A stretch of DNA of 11,851 nucleotides from Nostoc sp. DedSLP01 (GTDB lineage: Bacteria > Cyanobacteriota > Cyanobacteriia > Cyanobacteriales > Nostocaceae), in the NCBI GenBank assembly GCA_034530875.2, contig JAVRCJ020000079.1, positions 1 through 11,851 of the forward strand, read 5' to 3'. The translations under genes were made by a program, and so were the position numbers. Under the pieces are notes generated by a model. That model was not told the DNA's origin. It saw only the letters and a list, made by a program, of their open reading frames with translations, and searched no databases. Shown one piece after another: positions 1-6,230 of this stretch. Position 1 is the first letter of the stretch. The number at the start of each line of letters is the position of its first letter.

Positions 1-34
1 AGCTAAACGCTTATACATAAATCATTTTGCCGTT

Positions 35-70
35 TTTGCCAAAATTTTTGTAGGCTCTTATTTTGGCAAA
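35..70. repeat. 11-bp perfect inverted repeat (hairpin)
   Basis: TTTGCCAAAAT (35-45) / ATTTTGGCAAA (60-70), 14-nt loop. It lies inside the putative Tn3-like end; function unknown. Confidence 0.5.
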
Positions 71-94
71 GGTATTGTTACTCATGTAATATCT

Positions 95-132
95 TTTAAC
101 TCGGTTTTCTGCGCGAATGCTACTCATACCCC
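95..132 (-). mobile_element. Probable Tn3-family 38-bp terminal inverted repeat; element would extend beyond the left window edge
   Basis: Minus strand reads GGGGTATGAGTAGCATTCGCGCAGAAAACCGAGTTAAA: GGGG start, GAAAAC box and GTTAA near position 33-37. About 22/38 ungapped identity to the Tn3 IR as I recall it. The partner IR is not in the window. Confidence 0.6.
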
Positions 133-168
133 TGCTTTTATAAGAATCAGAGTAAGCTAATTAGAGAA

Positions 169-459
169 TTAGTCAAGAACTGGTGGAGTTTGATCTTCAT
201 CTGTACAAAGACAATAGTGAACAGCTACTGTAACTTCATCACCTCCATATGGAACAGTACAGCTTCCGGTATTGTAGCCATCTATTTGATATCCTGGTCG
301 ATTGTCAACACCTGCCGAACAAACCATAAAAGGATTACCATTTCCAGCCGCCCATGTACTTACTTGAACAGGCTTTAAGGGTGGTAGACCCGCACGTGAT
401 TTCTTACATGTTTCTGTACATCCATCACCTGGCGCAGCTTTGATCCAGTAATTTGCCAT
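169..459 (-). CDS. Small cysteine-rich protein (96 aa, 6 Cys) with DM9/DUF3421-like motifs
   Basis: True start is probably ATG at 459 (MANYWIK...), with an AGGAG RBS at 470-466. The ORF-track extension to 588 runs into the IS TIR. Motifs FMVC..., RPG and CTVPYGGDEV...HYCLC resemble the DM9 repeat. No signal peptide. Confidence 0.7.
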   Translation of the reverse strand: MANYWIKAAPGDGCTETCKKSRAGLPPLKPVQVSTWAAGNGNPFMVCSAGVDNRPGYQIDGYNTGSCTVPYGGDEVTVAVHYCLCTDEDQTPPVLD

Positions 460-564
460 GTCAAACTCCTTGGTACAGCCTAAGAACTTGAAGTTTAGCT
501 GAATGCTAAACAAAACTTCAGAAATTACATAAAAAATTACAATCATAATTAGCAAGAATCCTAT

Positions 565-2254
565 CAGACCTCGTGTGGTAAAATTCACTAGAGAAGACGA
601 CTCTCTAGATTAGCTAAGTAAGCCTTGGGGTCTCTGCGAAATCGATACTGTTCGATTCTAGCCTTGTGGTGTTTTTGCAATTGAGAGCGTAATTGAAGCC
701 AAGTATGAATATCAACTTGTGCTAAATCAGATGCGGTAAAAGAATGAAGCGAAGTTGCGATCGCACAGGCAAGTTTGACAGAACCACGAATAACAAGGGA
801 TGAGGGGGCAACCTTACGACCAGTACAACGACGCTGATGATGACGTAGTATACCAAAAGCGTGTTCTAAGTCATTATTAGTTCTGGGAAAATCTTCAATT
901 TCATAACAATGAAAAAGTCCAGACCAGTAGTTATGAGTGGTTTTGATAAAGTTATCAATTGCACTGTTCAGTGTACCAGCTCTCTGCTTTTTTTGGGACA
1001 TTTCTGTTAACAGTTGTTGATAACTTTGTTTGACTCCAGCAGCATCAAGACCTATTTTATTATTGAGAATGTTACTAGCTTTATCAACCCATTCATATGC
1101 AACCCTAACAGGTGCAAATAAAGATGCAGTCGCAGATAATCCCTTGGCTAGGAGGTGTTTTAGGTTAACTAAAGGTGGTGGTAAAGCACTTTTTTTTCCA
1201 TCCGTTCTAAGCTTTGCTCTATTAACGTCAAATTTTCTTGTAACTTTAATCCAGATGCCTCCAACGGTGGAGTGGATGACCATCATTGGTTACAGAACTA
1301 CGTACTGCCGAGCAATAATCTTCAATAATAGTTGCCATTTCCTGAGTTTCATTGGTAACACTACGTTCAATGTCTCGTAGTCCTCTAACTTTTTTCTTTA
1401 ATTCCTTTTTTGCATATCTATCTGCCTCATATATGGGTTTAATTGCTTCTTTCAGGTAATGGTAATGACATAAACCGTGAGCAATTTTAGGTAATGCTAA
1501 CCCAACAGCTTTGCGAATTGATTGTTGCCCATCACTAACAACTCCATCAATTGGTACATCCAGAGTGTTAGTTACTTCTAATAATAACGCCACTAAATCT
1601 TCATTTCTTGATGATAATAAGGTTTTAGCAAGTAAAATTTCTCCAGATAAGCAATCTCGAATTACCCATAATACCTCATGTCCAATTTCTGGCTGCATCC
1701 CATCGATCGCTAATATCACCCGTCCTTGATTAGCCACTATTGCTTTTAACCTTTTATGGTCTTTTAGCCATAAAGAAAGTAACTCGTCATATCTGTCAAT
1801 TAGGTGCGTGACTGTTCGTTAACTTATACATATACCCTTTAATTCAAGGTGAGTGTGTATTTGAGGAACACTTCTATGTTCCTGGTAGCGTAATGCTCCT
1901 ATATAAGCAATCACATCCAAACCAAATTCGTTCTGTGGTAGAGCGAGTGACCCTTCTTGCTCTGGTCGATATGCTTTTTTATACCGCATACATGACTTAT
2001 TTCGACATCGACGAATTTTTAGCTGTAGTTCTACTACCCCATTTAACGTTCTTATATGTCGAGGATTATTGTATTCATTCCACATTGCTTGACCGCACGA
2101 AGGGCATTTTTTTTGAACACAATCGAGTACTTCAAACAATGTTGCCTCTGGTTTTAGACTTTTTCTTGCCAAGTTTTTGCACTATTATTTCGCTACAAGG
2201 TCAAGATTACAGGATTTCCGCTCTTCTCTAGTAAGTTTTTCCACACTAGGTTTT
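565..2254 (-). mobile_element. Insertion sequence ~1.69 kb (DDE, ISNCY-type / IS256-Mutator-like superfamily), inactivated
   Basis: TIRs at 568-597 (ACCTCGTGTGGTAAAATTCACTAGAGAAGA) and 2222-2251 (reverse complement ACCTAGTGTGGAAAAACTTACTAGAGAAGA) match 26/30. Possible degenerate 6-bp TSD TCCTAT (559-564) / TTCTAT (2255-2260). Exact outer ends are uncertain by about 3 bp. Confidence 0.85.
588..2172 (-). pseudogene. Transposase pseudogene (three ORF pieces: 1819-2172, 1246-1737, 588-1286)
   Basis: N-terminal Zn ribbon CPSC...CRNKSC, catalytic-type motifs AIDG, VSDG, LCHYH (CxxH) and RTNNDLE. In-frame TAA at 1821-1819 with the frame continuing as RTVTHLIDRYDELLSLWL into the next ORF. 5-bp duplication at 1267-1276. 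A8 run at 1197-1190 joins the last frame. Confidence 0.9.
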
Positions 2255-2492
2255 TTCTATATGTATTAGGCCTTGATTTTTGATAAAAATTCATAAATTA
2301 AAATATCTAGATGATATCTATAGCAATACAGCCATAAAAATCGAAATTTCCCTAAAATACTCTAATTTAATCGAAAATCATCCCATATAACTAGCAAAAA
2401 AGCAAGTAATTAATTAGATGTTTAAGTTTTATCAAAGCTCCTCTTGCTTTTAAGAAAAAATTATGCAAGGCTTAATTACAAGCAAAATACTA

Positions 2493-2527
2493 TATCTTGA
2501 CCAATTAACCGGAGTTTATGATATTGT
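2493..2527 (+). promoter_or_regulatory. Putative promoter of the flavoprotein operon with overlapping Rrf2/IscR-like operator
   Basis: TTGACC at 2497-2502 and extended -10-like TGnTATTGT at 2519-2527 (19-bp spacer, suboptimal). TATCTTGACCAATTAACCGGAGTTT resembles IscR type-1 sites. Confidence 0.35.
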
Positions 2528-2647
2528 AGTTGCCAGCCCAAATAGAATATGCATCGATTAACTGCTGTGACTATCATCATTGCAGTTCGCATTATTATCC
2601 AAGTTTTTCTGTAGTACTTAAGCTTAAATATTGAGGCGAGGAATTCA

Positions 2648-4279
2648 ATGAGTAGTTACCATTGGCGATCGCAAGATTCATCTACTATTGATGTCGATCC
2701 CCATTTACAGACAGATGTTCTCGTGATTGGTGGCGGCCCGGCTGGTACTTGGGCTGCTTGGAGTGCGGCATCTAGCGGTGCAAAAGTTGTTTTGGTTGAC
2801 AAAGGTTACTGTGGTACGAGTGGCTGTGCGGCAGCATCGGGTAATGGTGTGTGGTACGTACCGCCGAATCCAGAAGCTAGAGAAGCTGCAATGTCCAGTC
2901 GGGAAGCATTGGGAGGATTCTTATCCAACCGCGATTGGATGCAGCAAGTACTAAATCAGACATATACCAACGTCAACCTATTAGCAGAATGGGGTTATCC
3001 TTTTCCTGTTGATGAAGAAGGAAAACCCTATCGGCGCAGCCTACAGGGGCCTGAATATATGCGCCTGATGCGGAAGCAAATCAAACGGGCAGGCGTCACA
3101 ATTTTAGATAATAGTCCCGCCTTGCAACTATTAGTAGACGCAGAAGGTGTAGTTGCCGGGGCAACAGGCGTAAACCGTCAGACTAGCAAGCAATGGGTTG
3201 TACGTGCCAATTCAGTCATCATTGCCACAGGCGGATGTGCTTTTTTGAGCAAAGCACTGGGTTGCAATATCTTAACTGGGGATGGATACCTCATGGCAGC
3301 AGAAGCGGGTGCCGAGATGTCGGGAATGGAGTTTTCTAACGCTTATGGCATCTCTCCCGCCTTTTCCTCAGTTACCAAAACTCTGTTTTACAATTGGGCA
3401 ACTTTCACTTACGAAGACGGTACGCCGATACCCGGTGCGGGTTCGCAACGAGGGCGTTCGGTAATTGCTCAAACTCTGTTGACGCAACCAGTCTATGCCA
3501 TCTTGGATCGAGCCACTGAAGATATGCAGGCACAGATGCGAACAGCACAGCCTAATTTCTTCTTACCATTCGATCGCGCAGGTATCGATCCTTTTAGCCA
3601 ACGTTTTCCCGTTACCTTGCGGTTAGAAGGAACGGTACGAGGTACTGGCGGGATTCGCATTGTTGATTCGACTTGTGCCGCATCGGTTCCAGGACTTTAT
3701 GCAGCAGGTGATGCTGCTACCAGAGAATTAATTTGTGGTGGCTTTACTGGTGGTGGTAGTCACAATGCAGCTTGGGCGATATCTTCCGGTTATTGGGCGG
3801 GGAAATCTGCGGCTGAATATGCTCGGAATTTGGGAGAGTGGGGTAAACAACGCGCTGTAGAAGCTGTTGGTGAAGCGGGATTGATAAGCGGTGGAAAACA
3901 CCAAATCAAAGCTGAAGAAGTGATTCAAGCAACACAGGCAGAGGTTTTTCCTTACGATCGCAATTATTTCCGAAATGAAGCAGGTTTGAGTGCATCATTG
4001 CAGAGATTAAATCACCTGTGGAAGGAAATTCGTAGCAGTCAAGCTGGGGATTCTCAAATTCTTCAGGTGCGAGAAGCTGCGGCGATGGTGGCTACAGCTA
4101 GATGGATGTATAGCAGTGCTTTGGAACGGAAAGAAAGTCGCGGGATGCATAAACATCTGGATTATCCAGAGATGGATGCTAACCAGAAACATTATTTGGT
4201 TAGTGGTGGTTTGGATGAGGTTTGGGTGAGAAGTGAGGGATTAGGGATAGGGAAGGAATTGGTAGGTGTGTCTTCTTAA
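2648..4279 (+). CDS. FAD-dependent oxidoreductase, SdhA/FrdA/AprA/NadB flavoprotein family (AsfA-like)
   Basis: 543 aa with DVLVIGGGPAG dinucleotide-binding motif, IIATGG, TGDGYLMA, GLYAAGD and C-terminal ERKESRGMH. It lacks the SHT covalent-FAD His of SdhA/FrdA (GTSGCAAASGNG here). GAGG RBS at 2633-2636. Confidence 0.9.
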   Translation: MSSYHWRSQDSSTIDVDPHLQTDVLVIGGGPAGTWAAWSAASSGAKVVLVDKGYCGTSGCAAASGNGVWYVPPNPEAREAAMSSREALGGFLSNRDWMQQVLNQTYTNVNLLAEWGYPFPVDEEGKPYRRSLQGPEYMRLMRKQIKRAGVTILDNSPALQLLVDAEGVVAGATGVNRQTSKQWVVRANSVIIATGGCAFLSKALGCNILTGDGYLMAAEAGAEMSGMEFSNAYGISPAFSSVTKTLFYNWATFTYEDGTPIPGAGSQRGRSVIAQTLLTQPVYAILDRATEDMQAQMRTAQPNFFLPFDRAGIDPFSQRFPVTLRLEGTVRGTGGIRIVDSTCAASVPGLYAAGDAATRELICGGFTGGGSHNAAWAISSGYWAGKSAAEYARNLGEWGKQRAVEAVGEAGLISGGKHQIKAEEVIQATQAEVFPYDRNYFRNEAGLSASLQRLNHLWKEIRSSQAGDSQILQVREAAAMVATARWMYSSALERKESRGMHKHLDYPEMDANQKHYLVSGGLDEVWVRSEGLGIGKELVGVSS

Positions 4280-4281
4280 CT

Positions 4282-4343
4282 CTTGTGGGGTGGGCGTCTC
4301 GCCCGCCCAGTTTATATGGCGGGCAAGATGCCCACCCCACAAG
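4282..4343. repeat. REP doublet (REPIN-like) long hairpin between flavoprotein and ferredoxin genes
   Basis: 26-bp arms at 4282-4307 and 4318-4343 are inverted, 24/26. Each arm has its own perfect mini-hairpin (GGGCG-TCT-CGCCC; GGGCA-AGA-TGCCC) with a GTGG foot. Confidence 0.8.
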
Positions 4344-4433
4344 TAGTGATTAATTCTTAGAGTTCGCAAAGATAAGAGTTTTTCGAGGATGAGCCTCGTT
4401 ATTCAATTTCATATATAGAATTTTAAGATTGAC

Positions 4434-4763
4434 ATGATTGAATTAGTAAGCGCGTCGCGGTGCATTGAATGTAATATTTGCGTTAATGTTTGTCCGACAA
4501 ACGTGTTTGATAAGGTGCCGGATGCACCGCCTACTATTGCTAGGCAAAGTGATTGTCAAACCTGTTTTATGTGCGAATTGTATTGTCCGGTGGATGCTTT
4601 GTATGTAGCCCCACAAGTCGATCCTCTAGATTCAGTGAACGAACAATTACTTGAAGAGGCTGAACTTTTGGGCAGCTACCGCAGAAATGTCGGTTGGGGA
4701 CGCGATCGCACTTCGTCGGCGAAAGAAGATTCCACGCACCAAATACTCAAGCTGCTGAAATAG
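4434..4763 (+). CDS. 2x[4Fe-4S] dicluster ferredoxin (AsfB/AprB-like)
   Basis: Motifs CIECNICVNVCP and CQTCFMCELYCP, plus a C-terminal LLGSYRRNVGW extension; directly downstream of the flavoprotein. Confidence 0.92.
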   Translation: MIELVSASRCIECNICVNVCPTNVFDKVPDAPPTIARQSDCQTCFMCELYCPVDALYVAPQVDPLDSVNEQLLEEAELLGSYRRNVGWGRDRTSSAKEDSTHQILKLLK

Positions 4764-4769
4764 TTTTCC

Positions 4770-5771
4770 ATGCTTAAATTATCATCTCTGGCTATATCTG
4801 CTCTGTTATTTCTGAATACTGCTTGCAGTTCTCAGCAGACTGTTTCCCAACCTGTATCCAATCCCAAAACTACAGCTGCGCCTCAAACTACTACCTTGCG
4901 TTTGGGTTTTATTAGTAATGGTAAGGTAAAAACACCCACCGGGCCGGTAGGATGGACAATGCATCAAGGTAAACTTTTGCCAGAATTAAAACAAATAGGA
5001 ATTACAGAAATCAAGACGCTGAATTTTCCTAACGGCCCCAACCTCAATGAAGCCCTAGTTGCACAACAAGTGGATGTCGGTATTTACGGCGATACACCTG
5101 CATTGGTAGGCAGGGCTAGGGGGCTTCCTACGCGATTGATTGCTCAAGAACAAGTGGGGATGAATGCTTGGTTACTGGCAAAGAAAAACGGCCCCCGTTC
5201 TGTAGCAGAACTCAAAGGACAAAAGGTAGCGACTTCTAAAGGTTCTTATATGCATCGCTACTTAATTGGATTATTGCAAAAGTATGGAATTAGCGATCGC
5301 GTTACTGTAGTTCACATGCTACCGAGTGAAGCCCAAGCCGCATTAGAACGGGGCGATGTTGCTGCTATTGCTGCATCTACCGGTACGGGGCCGCTATTAC
5401 AAGCAAAAGGATATCTAGTAATTGATGAAGCCATTAAACATCCAGATTTACCAGGCACAAGCGTTACTGTAGCTACAGAAGCTTTCCTCGCTAAACATCC
5501 CGATTTTCCCCAAAAATGGAATCAAATCAAACAAGCATCTGTCAAAGACATTCAAGCAAACTCAGAAGCTTACTACAAATTTCATGCTGATGTGTCGGGA
5601 TACCCTCTTGATGTAGTCAAGGCTTCTTTCACAGTTACACAATTCCCAGTAGAACCTCTGCCAGATCGAGGAATACAACTTTTAGAAGGCACAAAAAAAT
5701 TTTTAATCTTGCAGAAATTAGCCGAGTCTGATTTTAAATTGAATGATTGGATTGCCACACAACCAAAATAA
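4770..5771 (+). CDS. ABC substrate-binding lipoprotein, SsuA/TauA/NrtA family (sulfonate-binding, AsfC-like)
   Basis: Signal peptide with lipobox-like LNTA-C and a Ser/Thr/Pro linker. Motifs FPNGPNLNEAL, DVGIYGDTP, ELKGQKVATSKGS, AALERGDV. Starts 6 bp after the ferredoxin stop. Confidence 0.88.
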   Translation: MLKLSSLAISALLFLNTACSSQQTVSQPVSNPKTTAAPQTTTLRLGFISNGKVKTPTGPVGWTMHQGKLLPELKQIGITEIKTLNFPNGPNLNEALVAQQVDVGIYGDTPALVGRARGLPTRLIAQEQVGMNAWLLAKKNGPRSVAELKGQKVATSKGSYMHRYLIGLLQKYGISDRVTVVHMLPSEAQAALERGDVAAIAASTGTGPLLQAKGYLVIDEAIKHPDLPGTSVTVATEAFLAKHPDFPQKWNQIKQASVKDIQANSEAYYKFHADVSGYPLDVVKASFTVTQFPVEPLPDRGIQLLEGTKKFLILQKLAESDFKLNDWIATQPK

Positions 5772-5821
5772 TGAAGAATCTTTTTGGCTAACGACACAAC
5801 AATAAACTTCTTGCAGAAATC

Positions 5822-5849
5822 GGGAAAAGGGCAAGGGGTAAAGGGGAAT
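5822..5849 (+). repeat. Degenerate heptamer tandem repeat (STRR-like)
   Basis: GGGAAAA GGGCAAG GGGTAAA GGGGAAT, typical of heterocystous cyanobacteria. Confidence 0.45.
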
Positions 5850-5934
5850 GGCACTAAGAAAAGCGGAAACGCTTATCGATTAAGCAGTCTGCAATTGTTG
5901 ACGTAATTCTTGCCGGGGTTTGGTCAATCTGGGG
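5846..5934 (-). mobile_element. 3' terminal remnant of an IS4-family element
   Basis: Minus strand encodes PRLTKPRQELRQQLQTA* (stop 5882-5880), like Nostoc IS4 transposase C-termini as I recall them. It is followed by the end-like sequence CTTAGTGCCATTC (5858-5846) and is cut off where the 40-bp direct repeat begins. Confidence 0.55.
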
Positions 5935-5972
5935 TGGAATTACTCCTTCGAATTCAGCATTCGGCATGAAAT
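5933..5972 (+). repeat. Direct repeat copy 1 (pairs with 11033-11072)
   Basis: GGTGGAATTACTCCTTCGAATTCAGCATTCGGCATGAAAT, 37/40 identical to 11033-11072; first 17 bp identical. Confidence 0.9.
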
Positions 5973-6051
5973 TTTTCACATGGTCTGAAGAATCGTAAAC
6001 ACCTATTTTTACAATACAGTTTGATGCAGCAACCAGAACAATTCACAATGG

Positions 6052-6097
6052 GCTTCTCTACGAGACGCTACGCGTAGCTTGCTTCTCCGTAAGAGTA
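6052..6097 (+). repeat. Small dispersed repeat of Nostoc type
   Basis: GCTTCTCTACGAGACGCTACGCGTAGCTTGCTTCTCCGTAAGAGTA, containing the palindrome GCTACGCGTAGC. Resembles SDR-type repeats common in Nostocales (from recall). Confidence 0.5.
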
Positions 6098-6138
6098 TGC
6101 TAAGGCCATTCGTAATTATTAATTAGGAGGAAAGGATT

Positions 6139-6181
6139 AAAAAATTGAATATGAGGTACTATTTGAAATACCTCATATTCA
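6139..6181 (-). terminator. Intrinsic terminator of the RTX gene
   Basis: 13-bp perfect stem TGAATATGAGGTA (6146-6158) / TACCTCATATTCA (6169-6181), followed on the minus strand by ATTTTTT; about 50 bp after the RTX stop. Confidence 0.7.
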
Positions 6182-6230
6182 GAATATTTATTTCCTATTG
6201 ACTCTGCTTAAAATAGAGCAATAATCACGA

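Noticed and set aside
460..588. Hydrophobic N-terminal extension of the 139-aa ORF (apparent membrane anchor)
   Set aside because: Its start codon lies inside the IS terminal repeat; ATG 459 has a clear AGGAG RBS.
190..2231. Plus-strand ORFs 190-378, 1030-1380, 1511-1729, 1893-2231
   Set aside because: Antisense shadows of the small Cys protein and the transposase, with no recognisable motifs.
2648..4279. Calling the flavoprotein sdhA/frdA or aprA
   Set aside because: No covalent-FAD His motif, no SdhB-type 2Fe-2S partner or membrane anchors, and shorter than typical AprA; the context fits asfA-like.
2727..5854. Short ORFs 2727-2954, 3282-3464, 3728-3928, 4007-4192, 5582-5854
   Set aside because: Alternative-frame or antisense overlaps of well-supported genes.
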